DNA of 64,000 nucleotides from an uncultured virus (IMG/VR IMGVR_UViG_3300042540_001084) (IMGVR_UViG_3300042540_001084); one strand, 5' to 3'. Numbered from the stretch's first letter, positions 1 through 9,895 are shown. A program made the numbers and translations. Notes: generated from the sequence alone by a model not told the origin.

Positions 1-2
1 TT

Positions 3-338
3 AGAGAAAAGTTTTGGCCTGAAAAACCAAACCTACCTGTTCAAGGATTAGACCCTAATGCGCCAAGAACTAAATTTGATGCAGTATATTCATATCAAGG
101 ATTACCTTATGGTATTGGTGAAGTTTATTATTGTAACTGGCCACAAGTTGTTACAAGATATGGAAACGAGAAAATGTTCTTAACAACAAAGTGGGACCGT
201 CCTTTTGAACAAACTTGGATGAGTTACATTTTCCAAGAAACTAAAAAGGGTAATATCAAGTCGGCATTGTTATTTGCAACCCCAACTGAGCACGATAGAT
301 TTGAACATTATGACAGAAGCTTGAGAAAAGAGTCTTAA
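3..338 (+). CDS. 3' end of a gene running in from the left edge; possibly glycosyltransferase-associated
   Basis: Frame open from position 3 (REKFWPEKPNLPVQGLDPNAPRTKF...EVYYCNWPQVV...FEQTWMS...HDRFEHYDRSLRKES) to TAA at 336-338; not in the ORF track. Function is a weak recollection only. Confidence 0.55.
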   Translation, partial: REKFWPEKPNLPVQGLDPNAPRTKFDAVYSYQGLPYGIGEVYYCNWPQVVTRYGNEKMFLTTKWDRPFEQTWMSYIFQETKKGNIKSALLFATPTEHDRFEHYDRSLRKES

Positions 339-356
339 CAAAGTATTTATCTTTGT

Positions 357-734
357 ATGGAATTCTTTATCAGAAAAAATGCTACTTTACCTGTATTAAA
401 AATGCAGGTCGTTCAAGACGGTAGGTCAGGTTATTTGGAGTTGATGGACCTTTTAGAGGTTTCAGCAATATACTTCTCAATGATTAATGAGGCAACGGGT
501 ATTCCCAAGATTGTTTCAGCGCCCTGTTCTATTGTTAGTTTAATTTTGGCTGACGGAGCTCCAACAGAATATTATATCTACTATCAATTTACTGCAAGGG
601 ACACAAATACTCCTGGTAGATACAAAGGACAATTCTTAATCAAGAACTTTGAGGGTGATTTAATTGTTCCTATTAGAGAAGAGTTGTATATTAATGTTGA
701 AGACAGCTTTATTGCAAAAACTGCTTGTTGCTAA
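357..734 (+). CDS. small beta-sandwich virion protein (BppU-N-like), hypothetical
   Basis: 125 aa; YYQFTARDTNTPGRYKGQFLI resembles the YxFxxxDTxxxGxYxGEF pattern of baseplate-upper-like domains; preceded by TATTTAT at 344. Confidence 0.45.
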   Translation: MEFFIRKNATLPVLKMQVVQDGRSGYLELMDLLEVSAIYFSMINEATGIPKIVSAPCSIVSLILADGAPTEYYIYYQFTARDTNTPGRYKGQFLIKNFEGDLIVPIREELYINVEDSFIAKTACC

Positions 735-763
735 TTGACAGATTCACTTTTACAATCTATATT
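735..763 (+). promoter_or_regulatory. sigma70-like promoter upstream of the DNA polymerase
   Basis: TTGACA (735-740), 17-nt spacer, TATATT (758-763); overlaps a TATTTATA motif at 760-767. Confidence 0.65.
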
Positions 764-833
764 TATAGTTGAATGAGTAAGACAAACTCCACACGGTGTG
801 GAAGAAAATAAGTCACTCGGTAAAACTTAAATT

Positions 834-3536
834 ATGATTGAACAACAAGAAATCAAAGAATTCTTGGAAGGGAACGACCCTGAAGAATTTATCGTGGCGG
901 TAGAATTTGATTACGCCTCAGACTCCATTTATAAAATCAAAGAAATTCCTGGTAAGGGTAAAGAAATCCGAAAAGATACATTCATTCCATTTTGTTGGGT
1001 TGGTGATTTACGTGGATTAAATTTCTACGGAAACTCCAAAGGAGCTCAAAAAGAAGCAATGTCAAAACACGGGATTGTTATTGACAAATTAGATACTCAC
1101 GGTGATGAACGAATGGAAAAAGGTTTGACCTATATGGTTAAATCTTTGAAGGGGTATAGAAGTTTGATTCAGTTCTTCCGTGATGGTGGAGCAGACCCTT
1201 GGGGTGAAAAATTTAAAGATAAGATTTTGATTCTACCACCTGTAGAACAATATTTCGTTTCAAAACAAAAACGATTATTTAAGGGGTATGAAGACTATGA
1301 TGACGTGTCTCGATTGGTATTCGACTTAGAGACGACCTCACTCGAACCAAGAGACGGTCGTATCTTTATGATTGGTATTAGAACAAACAAAGGTTATAAT
1401 AGAATTATCGAATGTATTGATGAGACACAAGAGAAGAGCGGTATTATCGAGTTCTTCAAAGTAATTAATGAACTCAAACCAAGTATTATCGGTGGTTACA
1501 ACTCAGCAAACTTTGACTGGTATTGGATTTTTGAAAGATGTAAGGCGTTGGGAATTGACATCAAAAAAATATGTCACTCATTACATCCCGAACATTCCAT
1601 ATCACAAAAGAAAAACTTGTTGAAACTCGCAAACGAAGTTGAGGATTTTATGCAGACTTCTATTTGGGGTTACAATGTAATTGATATTATTCACGCGGTC
1701 CGTAGAGCTCAAGCAATTAACTCATCAATCAAATCTGCGGGTTTGAAGTATATTGCAGAATATGTAAACGCAAAAGAACCAGACCGAGTTTATATTGGTC
1801 ACGACTCTATTGGTAAGATGTATCAGGAAAAGAAAGAGTATTGGTTAAACATCAAAAATGGTGAGTATCGTAAAAAGGGTGACTATGTTGATTTGGATAA
1901 AAAGTTTCCTGACACTTATCTATTAACTGATGGTGCCGAATTGGTTGAACGATATCTCCAAGATGACTTGGAAGAAACCTTAAAAGTTGATAAAGAATTC
2001 AACCAAGCATCGTTTCTACTTGCATCAATGATTCCAACAACATATGAGCGAGTATCTACAATGGGTACGGCAACACTATGGAAGATGTTGATGTTAGCGT
2101 GGTCTTACAAACATAATTTGGCAATACCAGCAAAACAATCCAAGACAGACTTCGTAGGTGGATTGTCTCGTCTACTTAAAGTAGGGTATTCTAAAAGCGT
2201 ATTAAAGCTCGACTTCTCGTCACTTTATCCATCAATTCAGTTGGTTCACGATGTGTTCCCCCAATGTGACGTAACAGGTGCGATGAAAGGTATGTTAAAA
2301 TACTTCCGTGATACTCGTATCTTGTACAAACAACTTGCTGAGGAGTATTATGAATCTGACCCCAAAAAATCAGCATCATACAACAACAAACAGTTACCGA
2401 TTAAAATCTTCATCAACTCGATGTTCGGTGCGCTTTCAGCTCCACAGGTATTTGCTTGGGGGGATATGTATATGGGAGAACAGATTACTTGTACGGGTAG
2501 ACAATATCTTCGTCAAATGATTAAATTCTTTATGTCTCGTGGTTACATTCCACTTGTAATGGATACGGACGGTGTGAACTTCTCGTCACCTGAAGATGTT
2601 GATAGTCACAGATACATTGGTCGAGGATTAAATTGGAAAGTAAAAGAGGGTAAAGAGTATACGGGACCTGATGCTGACGTTGCAGAATACAACGATATTT
2701 TTATGAGAGGTGAAATGGCACTGGATACCGATGGTGTTTGGCCATCGTGTATAAACCTTGCTCGTAAGAACTATGCTCTACTTACCGATTCAGGTAAAAT
2801 CAAATTGGTTGGTAACACAATCAAATCAAAGAAACTACCTGGTTACATCGAAGAGTTTTTGGATAAGGGTATTAAACTTTTATTAAAGGGTGATGGTAAA
2901 TCATTTGTGGAGTATTATTACGAGTATCTACAAAAGATTTGGGACCAACAAATTCCTTTGGCCAAAATCGCTCAAAAAGCTAAAGTTAAACAAACACTAC
3001 AGGACTACAAGTTTCGTTGCACACAGAAGACAAAAGCGGGGTCTCTGATGTCAAGACAAGCACATATGGAACTTGCAATTCATCACGGATTGAATGTTAA
3101 CTTGGGGGATATGATTATGTATGTTAATAACGGACAAAGAGCTTCTCACGGAGATGTTGTTAAGAAAGGTGATACTGTGACGTTAAATTGTTATATGTTG
3201 AACCCTGAAGACCTTGAGAACAACCCTGAGATGACTGGCGAATACAATGTTGCGAGAGCAATTACAACGTTCAACAAACGTATTGAACCGCTTATGGTTG
3301 TATTCAAAGAAGAAGTAAGAAAGAGTCTAATTGTTGCTGACCCATCAAAAAGAGGTTTATTTACCACAGCTCAATGTGAACTTATCAATGGTTTACCTTT
3401 GGGTAATGGAGACCAAGATGAACTTGAAGAAGTTATGACAATGTCTGACGGTGAAGTTTCTTATTGGAAGAAACGAGGTCTTGAACCTGATTATATGTAT
3501 GAATTAGCCGAAGAAGGTTGGGAACAACATATTTAA
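834..3536 (+). CDS. polB: family B DNA polymerase with 3'-5' exonuclease
   Basis: ExoI VFDLETT, ExoII GYNSANFDW, ExoIII YLQDD; motif A LDFSSLYPSI, motif B KIFINSMFG, motif C MDTDG, RKNY. Confidence 0.95.
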   Translation: MIEQQEIKEFLEGNDPEEFIVAVEFDYASDSIYKIKEIPGKGKEIRKDTFIPFCWVGDLRGLNFYGNSKGAQKEAMSKHGIVIDKLDTHGDERMEKGLTYMVKSLKGYRSLIQFFRDGGADPWGEKFKDKILILPPVEQYFVSKQKRLFKGYEDYDDVSRLVFDLETTSLEPRDGRIFMIGIRTNKGYNRIIECIDETQEKSGIIEFFKVINELKPSIIGGYNSANFDWYWIFERCKALGIDIKKICHSLHPEHSISQKKNLLKLANEVEDFMQTSIWGYNVIDIIHAVRRAQAINSSIKSAGLKYIAEYVNAKEPDRVYIGHDSIGKMYQEKKEYWLNIKNGEYRKKGDYVDLDKKFPDTYLLTDGAELVERYLQDDLEETLKVDKEFNQASFLLASMIPTTYERVSTMGTATLWKMLMLAWSYKHNLAIPAKQSKTDFVGGLSRLLKVGYSKSVLKLDFSSLYPSIQLVHDVFPQCDVTGAMKGMLKYFRDTRILYKQLAEEYYESDPKKSASYNNKQLPIKIFINSMFGALSAPQVFAWGDMYMGEQITCTGRQYLRQMIKFFMSRGYIPLVMDTDGVNFSSPEDVDSHRYIGRGLNWKVKEGKEYTGPDADVAEYNDIFMRGEMALDTDGVWPSCINLARKNYALLTDSGKIKLVGNTIKSKKLPGYIEEFLDKGIKLLLKGDGKSFVEYYYEYLQKIWDQQIPLAKIAQKAKVKQTLQDYKFRCTQKTKAGSLMSRQAHMELAIHHGLNVNLGDMIMYVNNGQRASHGDVVKKGDTVTLNCYMLNPEDLENNPEMTGEYNVARAITTFNKRIEPLMVVFKEEVRKSLIVADPSKRGLFTTAQCELINGLPLGNGDQDELEEVMTMSDGEVSYWKKRGLEPDYMYELAEEGWEQHI

Positions 3537-3540
3537 TATT

Positions 3541-3822
3541 ATGAAACTGAAACACATCGTTGACTTTAGTGTTAACAATCCCGAAGCCGATTTTTGGTTA
3601 ATTCGTAAAGGAGATGAAACAACTGTTGGAACACCTACTCGTGAGTTTTCTCCTGAACATATTGGAGTTACGGTAACTCGTCCTGATTTGGTTATACCTG
3701 ATTATCTTTACTACGTATTTCAATACCTTGTAAGTCAAGGTAAGATTGCGTCGTTATCTCACGGTACAACTAGATTAAAAAATATTACGATTAGTGATTT
3801 AGGTAATATTTCTATAAATTAG
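3541..3822 (+). CDS. stand-alone type I RM specificity (HsdS TRD)-like fragment
   Basis: C-terminal half PDYLYYVFQYLVSQGKIASLSHGTTRLKNITISDLGNISI matches the TRD pattern PxYLYY...GTTxxNIxxxDLxxxxI. Confidence 0.55.
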   Translation: MKLKHIVDFSVNNPEADFWLIRKGDETTVGTPTREFSPEHIGVTVTRPDLVIPDYLYYVFQYLVSQGKIASLSHGTTRLKNITISDLGNISIN

Positions 3823-4496
3823 TTTGATTGACGTGGAATGGGGGTATCATCAAATTCTGTGATACCATTATTACTTAATATCTCTCTACCAATATTCTGT
3901 AATTCACCTCTTCTACAAGTAGACCAATACCAAGCGATGTCGTATTGATAAATTCTATGGTCAGTATCATACCATCTTGGTGTTCCTTCCAACTCACTAC
4001 TCCAAGGATTGTCAGTATCTAACACGTTTGATTTAAAGAAATTTTTATCCCAAAGACCCATTTGATGTCCCATTAAATACCGTGAATTTTGAGTATACCT
4101 AAATAGATTATCTTCAACTGAAACATAATTGATTTCACCCCAAGCACATTTATGAAATCTCAATGAGTGTATATCAAGTTCATAAAACTTGTCCAAATAT
4201 TCTTGTTTAAATTCAAATGGTGCATACGCCCAATTGTCTTCTTGCATATAAAATAGAATATCAGAAGGAACTTGTTCAAAACCTTTTTTGAGTCTATATC
4301 CCCACTCACCTTTACCTGATTTAATGTGGTTAACTTCATTAACAAATGAAGGTTCTTTTTCTTCAGTTAAGAAGTAAATTGGTCCGTGATTTGTAGTGTA
4401 TTTTTTAAATAAATGGTACCAAGTGTCCCAATATGTAGAGTAGGCATCCATTGTATGGATTAAAATTGGGACTTCATTAATATTTTCTATTCTCAT
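3819..4496 (-). CDS. GT-A fold glycosyltransferase-like protein
   Basis: N-terminal strand ILIHTMDAY, IYFLTE, W-x-x-RL, DXD-like ILFYMQEDNW, GLWDK and PWSSE segments typical of small phage GT-A proteins. Confidence 0.6.
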   Translation of the reverse strand: MRIENINEVPILIHTMDAYSTYWDTWYHLFKKYTTNHGPIYFLTEEKEPSFVNEVNHIKSGKGEWGYRLKKGFEQVPSDILFYMQEDNWAYAPFEFKQEYLDKFYELDIHSLRFHKCAWGEINYVSVEDNLFRYTQNSRYLMGHQMGLWDKNFFKSNVLDTDNPWSSELEGTPRWYDTDHRIYQYDIAWYWSTCRRGELQNIGREILSNNGITEFDDTPIPRQSN

Positions 4497-4532
4497 AGAA
4501 AAAAAATATGATTAATCTAAAAAAATTGAATA

Positions 4533-4868
4533 TTAAGATTGTTTTAATCCATCTGATGATAAGATATACCAATTACCTGCACAGAATCTAAACTCAACAC
4601 AAGCGCCCCAATCTAACATAATCTCATCATAAGCTTCATCAACTCTACCAATATCAGGTATAACTAAAACTTTAGTTAATGCTTTAACGACTACGTGGTC
4701 AGTAGTTGTACTATTTAATCTTAATTTAGAATTATCCACACTTTTTACAACAACACAAGATTCTCCTGCAGTGTCATAGTAAGCTTCAGATACGATTGAT
4801 ATTTCGGAAGTTTCTTGAACTTGTCCGTTAATAATTCTTTGGGATGGAATACTTTTAATAACCGCCAT
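4533..4868 (-). CDS. small beta-rich hypothetical (likely virion) protein
   Basis: 111 aa directly downstream of the neck gene; ends CVEFRFCAGNWYILSSDG. Confidence 0.6.
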   Translation of the reverse strand: MAVIKSIPSQRIINGQVQETSEISIVSEAYYDTAGESCVVVKSVDNSKLRLNSTTTDHVVVKALTKVLVIPDIGRVDEAYDEIMLDWGACVEFRFCAGNWYILSSDGLKQS

Positions 4869-4870
4869 AA

Positions 4871-5989
4871 TTAGATAACATAAATTTGACGAGGCATTGC
4901 CCTAAATTTCATTTGTTTATTCAGGTTTTCTGCCGTTAGAGCTTCTTTTTCCATTTGTTTTTCAGGACGTAATCTTTCAAGTCTTGCTTTTAATTCTTCG
5001 TCTAATTTAGTCTTTTCGTCTTTAGCTTCAGTTAAAAGTGACTGATAATCCATTACAAGTTCACTATCAGGGGTTTTTAAATTACCTGAGTATTTTCCTC
5101 TAACTCTCGCTAAAGTTTCTTTACAGTAAGCGGTAAACCATCTTCTAACCCATTGTTGTGCGGGAGCATTTAAATCTTCCCAACTTAAGTCTTCGATTGG
5201 AACGTCTGAAGGTAATTTGATAACGTCAGGATTGTCTCTTAAACAATCTTTTCTACTATCACCATCAACATCATAATACCAATACCATACGGCTTTACCT
5301 GCGTATTCAGAATAGTTACTCCAGTTAAAATTACCACCAGGTGTATTATACAAATGAACCATTTTTTTACCGTCCGGTAATCCTGTAATTCTATAGGTTA
5401 ATGAACCACCTAAGATTCGGTTAAGAATATTTGCTTCTTGATATCTAATTAGGTAGTCAAAACCACTCATCATAAAGTACGAACCTGCGTTACCATATTG
5501 TGCATAACCCGCTTGGTTACCACCAAGACCTACGCCTGCAAAACCAAAATCAGCGGTACCCCAAAGAGCCACGTTTTGCCAAGGTTGGTTTGAAAACCAT
5601 AGTAATTCGTTTACCTCACGACCTGCTGGTATCTCATAAGTTTGTGTGTTGGCACTAAGAATAAAGTAATCTTTTTTAAGAACCCAAGGACCAACTGTTT
5701 GTAGACCAACAATCTTTGAATATGCATAGGTGTATTGGTCCTCAAGATTAAATGTTCTTGTAATTAGTGCGTTTGCAACTGATTTTTCACTCATATTAAG
5801 GTTAACCAAGTTAACCCATTGAGATTCTATTAACCAATCTAAAACATATTGTTCATAGTCTTGGATTGATAGTTCCATTAACGAGTCCATCATTTCATCT
5901 TCAAGTTCAACACTTCTAAGTGGTGCACCTAACTGATGTTTAATTCTCGTATAAATTTTACTTCTTTCTGGTTCTGGAATTGCTGCCAT
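4871..5989 (-). CDS. neck / head-tail adaptor, T4 gp13-like
   Basis: N-terminal LGAPLRSVELEDEMMD resembles gp13 LGAPxxxVEL; C-terminal WVRRWFTAYCKETLARVRGKYSG...EAKDEKTKL pattern. Confidence 0.75.
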   Translation of the reverse strand: MAAIPEPERSKIYTRIKHQLGAPLRSVELEDEMMDSLMELSIQDYEQYVLDWLIESQWVNLVNLNMSEKSVANALITRTFNLEDQYTYAYSKIVGLQTVGPWVLKKDYFILSANTQTYEIPAGREVNELLWFSNQPWQNVALWGTADFGFAGVGLGGNQAGYAQYGNAGSYFMMSGFDYLIRYQEANILNRILGGSLTYRITGLPDGKKMVHLYNTPGGNFNWSNYSEYAGKAVWYWYYDVDGDSRKDCLRDNPDVIKLPSDVPIEDLSWEDLNAPAQQWVRRWFTAYCKETLARVRGKYSGNLKTPDSELVMDYQSLLTEAKDEKTKLDEELKARLERLRPEKQMEKEALTAENLNKQMKFRAMPRQIYVI

Positions 5990-6005
5990 ACCTATAAATA
6001 GTTTA

Positions 6006-7535
6006 TTAAAGGTTTAAGTTGTAAATCAAATCTGACTCATCAAAAACATACTCTCCCATAACAATATTTGGTGTGTTTCTGAAGATAACAACTCTTCTCA
6101 TTTTTATGTTAACAAACACCATCCAATCAACATTATAGTATCTTACTTCACCACTACCAATAATAACTATTTTACCATCGGCAGGTTTTAATTCCATAAA
6201 ACCCTTTACCTGACAAGTATTTTTTTGACCATTTATGAAAACTTCTAAGTCAATTTTTTGGACGGCATCTTTGACTGAACCAGACCCTGCAGTTGTAACA
6301 ACTTTTGAATTTGGTATTTTTTCGGTAATTACTTTTTTTGCAAATTCTTCTCGTTTAGACCCTTGTTCATTTGTACGAAGTAATAACGACATCATATTTT
6401 GGAATGTTGCACTTTTTGGGTCAAAAATTCTGTCCTGATATTTTTCAATATAGTTACAGAGTCTTTTCATTTCTGCAACTTGATTTTGTGGTGGTACCGC
6501 AAATGATATTGGTTCTTGACCTGAACGAGTAATAACTTTATTAATATCTTTTATTAATGGACAAATTACGGTGTAGTTTGTGTTTAAATAATTTATATCT
6601 GAACGACCTTCTTTTTCTAAATTGTATACACCCGCTAATTCACCTTTAGAATAAGGGAACCACTTGTCAGCAAATTTTCTTTTAATTATTTTATTAATTG
6701 TGTTCTTGTAAACCTCAACAACATTTTCATTAACACTAAATAAAACTCGGTAAAAATCTTTTTCTTCTTTAGAACAACTTTCAGATTTACCTTCCAAGAT
6801 TAAACCTTTAACTTCTTTTATTTCAGTTAAACGAGTCTCAGACCTCATCTTGTATAACCCCTCGACAAAATCCCAATTAACTGCGGTCCAAAAGTTTTTA
6901 ATGTATTCGTCTCTTTTGTTTTTGTATTTTAGATAGTAAGCGTGTTCCCATAAGTCTAAACCTAACAATGGGAATCCCCCATCCTCAATAACATTCATTA
7001 GTGGATTGTCTTGGTTTGGAGTGGACATCACCTTTAGAGTATTTTTTTTAGTAATAATCAACCAAACCCAACCTGAACCAAATCTTTCTGTTGCAATTTT
7101 TTCAAATTCTTTTTTGAATCTATCAAAACTACCAAAATCTTTTATGATTCTTTGTTTAATATCATTACCAACTTTCATCGGTTTTGGTGATAACATATTC
7201 CAAAACAATGCGTGGTTAAACGCCCCACCTGCATTATCTCTAACTGCCTTTGGATACTTTGAAATGTTTCTTATGATTTTTTCTAAATCGTTGTTTTTTG
7301 ATTTTCTTTTAGAGAGTAAGTCATTTAACTTATTTACATAACCCTTGTAATGTTTGTTGTAATGAACATTCATTGTTTCGGGGTCAATAAATCTTTTCAG
7401 GGCTGTGTAGGCATAAGGTAGGTCTTCAATACCTATCTTCTTCATTTCGTTAATTAAAACTTTTACCTCTTCTTTTTTTTGTTCTTGTAAAATTTGTTTT
7501 TCAACTCTTTCTACTGATTCTTGTAAGTGTTGCAT
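6006..7535 (-). CDS. sodA: Mn/Fe superoxide dismutase fused to a C-terminal PD-(D/E)XK-like domain
   Basis: LPYAYTAL, HYNKHYKGYV, GGAFNHALFW, FGSGWVWL, NQDNP, DLWEHAYY (all four metal ligands) followed by about 280 extra residues. ATG at 7535 preferred over the track's 7574 because TATTTAT lies at 7560-7554. Confidence 0.9.
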   Translation of the reverse strand: MQHLQESVERVEKQILQEQKKEEVKVLINEMKKIGIEDLPYAYTALKRFIDPETMNVHYNKHYKGYVNKLNDLLSKRKSKNNDLEKIIRNISKYPKAVRDNAGGAFNHALFWNMLSPKPMKVGNDIKQRIIKDFGSFDRFKKEFEKIATERFGSGWVWLIITKKNTLKVMSTPNQDNPLMNVIEDGGFPLLGLDLWEHAYYLKYKNKRDEYIKNFWTAVNWDFVEGLYKMRSETRLTEIKEVKGLILEGKSESCSKEEKDFYRVLFSVNENVVEVYKNTINKIIKRKFADKWFPYSKGELAGVYNLEKEGRSDINYLNTNYTVICPLIKDINKVITRSGQEPISFAVPPQNQVAEMKRLCNYIEKYQDRIFDPKSATFQNMMSLLLRTNEQGSKREEFAKKVITEKIPNSKVVTTAGSGSVKDAVQKIDLEVFINGQKNTCQVKGFMELKPADGKIVIIGSGEVRYYNVDWMVFVNIKMRRVVIFRNTPNIVMGEYVFDESDLIYNLNL

Positions 7536-7576
7536 ATTAAGGTATATTTCCTTATAAATAACAGGAAGATACACTT

Positions 7577-9331
7577 TTATCTCATTCTACTAATCTCTTT
7601 CAAAATTTCCTCAACAACATTTGTTTCATCTTGAGTATCACCCATCACGGTTCCAATAATTTTTTTCTTGTTATTGAGTATGTCATAGATGATTCCTTCG
7701 ATTGTATTTTCAAAAATTGGGTAGTAAACCAAAACATTATTTTTCTGTCCGTATCGGTAAGCTCGGTCCTCAGATTGACTGTGGTCAGACGGTAAGAATG
7801 ACAAATCGTTCATAATAACAGCTTCAGCTGCGGTTAGTGTGATACCCACACCTGCGGCTTTAATATTACCGACAAACACTTTTACTTTGTCATCTTCTTG
7901 GAATCTGTCAACCGAATCTTGTCTTTGCGTTTTTGACATTGACCCATCAAGACGCACCGCAGATTTACCAAAGTGTTCACATATTTTTTCTAAAGAGTTT
8001 GTAAAATTACAAAAAATGATAACTTTTTTTCCTTGTTCTATTATGTTCTCTGCAAGTTCAATTGTGTGGTTAACTTTTTCATCTGCGATAACCTGTCTAA
8101 CTTGAGTTAACTTTGTAAACTGAAGAGATAAGTTTTTACTCTCGTCAGGATTTTTTTCATACCAATTATAATAATCACCCATTACCTCCTCGTACAATTT
8201 TGACTTGAGTCGTAAATAAACTGGTGTTATGATTTTATCAGGTAAATCTAAAACGTCTTCTTTTAAACGACGAAGAACCGTTGTTGTAGTTCGGTCTCTT
8301 AATTCCTCCAAGTTAGACGCTCCCATTACATTCCAAACTTTTCTTGGTCCTACTTTGAACTGATATCCTGCACAATATCTGACAACATACGCCATCCAAT
8401 TCTTAGCAACAGGAGAGTCAACCAACGATAACAAATTAAAATAATTAATTGGTCTTGATGTCATCGGGGTACCTGTTAATAACCAAAGTCTATCAACATC
8501 TTTAACAATATCGTTAATTAATTTTGTTCTTTGAGCTTGGACATTTTGAATGTAGTGTGCTTCATCAATGATTACTAAATCAAACTTGTCTTTAAAAATT
8601 TGAGACTTTTCTTTGTTTTTTGTATCGTGGAAATTTTTGATAATATCATAATTCATTATCAAAATATCGTGTTCACTTGAGTAGTTTTTACCTTCACAAA
8701 CATAACTTGTTTTGTTACTGTAAAGTTGATATTCTCGTTGCCAGTTAATCTTTAAAGATGCTGGACAGATAATTAAAATCTTTTTAGCACCTGTCTCTAA
8801 TGATGCGATAATTGTTGAGGTAGTTTTACCTAACCCCATATCATCAGCCAAAATGTATTTCTTATTTCTTAATAATTGTTCGATTGCAATTTTTTGGTGG
8901 TCCAATGGAGGACGATGAGAATATTTTGAATAATCTATTTCACCAATATTAACCTTATTGTCTTTGATAATAGATGCCTTCGGAACCCAATATTCTTGTA
9001 ATTCATCGGATTCAAAAAACTTTCCCCAAATATGAAACGCTTTATCTCTTTCACATAAAATCTTTTCCACCCACATTTTTTCGGGGACGGTCATTAAGAA
9101 TTTATCATCAGCAAGTTTTTGTGAAAAGTATGAATCAAGTACCACCCATTTACGAGCAACTTTAGGTACAACATCTTTATTCTCAAAGATGTAATCACAT
9201 TGGCTTCTTGTAGGGAAAAATTTAGGGTTTTTTTCTAACTTAATTTTTAAGTTAATAATGTGGTTATTGGCCCCTTGGTATTCCTCTAAAATCTTGATTG
9301 CCTTCGATTCTATTGTTCTTGGTTCTGCCAT
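7577..9331 (-). CDS. SNF2-family helicase/ATPase (HARP/SMARCAL1-like)
   Basis: LADDMGLGKT, IICPASL, DEAH, LLTGTP, LRRLKEDVL, AAGVGITL, QSEDRAYRYGQ. Confidence 0.93.
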   Translation of the reverse strand: MAEPRTIESKAIKILEEYQGANNHIINLKIKLEKNPKFFPTRSQCDYIFENKDVVPKVARKWVVLDSYFSQKLADDKFLMTVPEKMWVEKILCERDKAFHIWGKFFESDELQEYWVPKASIIKDNKVNIGEIDYSKYSHRPPLDHQKIAIEQLLRNKKYILADDMGLGKTTSTIIASLETGAKKILIICPASLKINWQREYQLYSNKTSYVCEGKNYSSEHDILIMNYDIIKNFHDTKNKEKSQIFKDKFDLVIIDEAHYIQNVQAQRTKLINDIVKDVDRLWLLTGTPMTSRPINYFNLLSLVDSPVAKNWMAYVVRYCAGYQFKVGPRKVWNVMGASNLEELRDRTTTTVLRRLKEDVLDLPDKIITPVYLRLKSKLYEEVMGDYYNWYEKNPDESKNLSLQFTKLTQVRQVIADEKVNHTIELAENIIEQGKKVIIFCNFTNSLEKICEHFGKSAVRLDGSMSKTQRQDSVDRFQEDDKVKVFVGNIKAAGVGITLTAAEAVIMNDLSFLPSDHSQSEDRAYRYGQKNNVLVYYPIFENTIEGIIYDILNNKKKIIGTVMGDTQDETNVVEEILKEISRMR

Positions 9332-9379
9332 CAAAAAGCATTTTACATAATAATAATCAATATAATTGTATTTATCAAT

Positions 9380-9895
9380 ATGGGAGAAAAATTAGTTCCA
9401 ATTACAAGATTAGGTAAATTCTTTGGTGGTGAGGATTATGCCCTTGATATTGCAATGGGTTCAGAGTGGTTAGAGGGTGATATGAACTTTACCGTAATCC
9501 TTTATAGAGTCGACAGATATAAAACAAATACTGATGATGTTTATGGAGAAGCTTTGGAAGGTGGTATCAAATACCTACCCCCTGTTGAACTTAAGGGTCT
9601 TGTTCAAATTATGGCACCTACCACACAATTCTTAGGTCAGAGTAGGGTTGAACAAATGGAACCTGGTAATATGAAATTTTCTGTTTACCAATCTTATCTT
9701 GATGAACTTGGTGTTGATGTAATGTTTGGTGATTACTTGGGTTATTATTTAACTGAAGATAAGGTTAGATATTTCTCTGTAGCCGATGATGGAAGGGTTA
9801 CTTCAGACAATAAACATACGTATGGTGGTTACAAACCATTCTACAGAACAATTATCGCAACCCCGGTTACGGTAAATGAATTTGACGGATTTTAA
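9380..9895 (+). CDS. neck / head-closure protein, T4 gp14-like
   Basis: VILYRVD...TDDVYGE N-terminal pattern, size and structural context. Confidence 0.55.
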   Translation: MGEKLVPITRLGKFFGGEDYALDIAMGSEWLEGDMNFTVILYRVDRYKTNTDDVYGEALEGGIKYLPPVELKGLVQIMAPTTQFLGQSRVEQMEPGNMKFSVYQSYLDELGVDVMFGDYLGYYLTEDKVRYFSVADDGRVTSDNKHTYGGYKPFYRTIIATPVTVNEFDGF

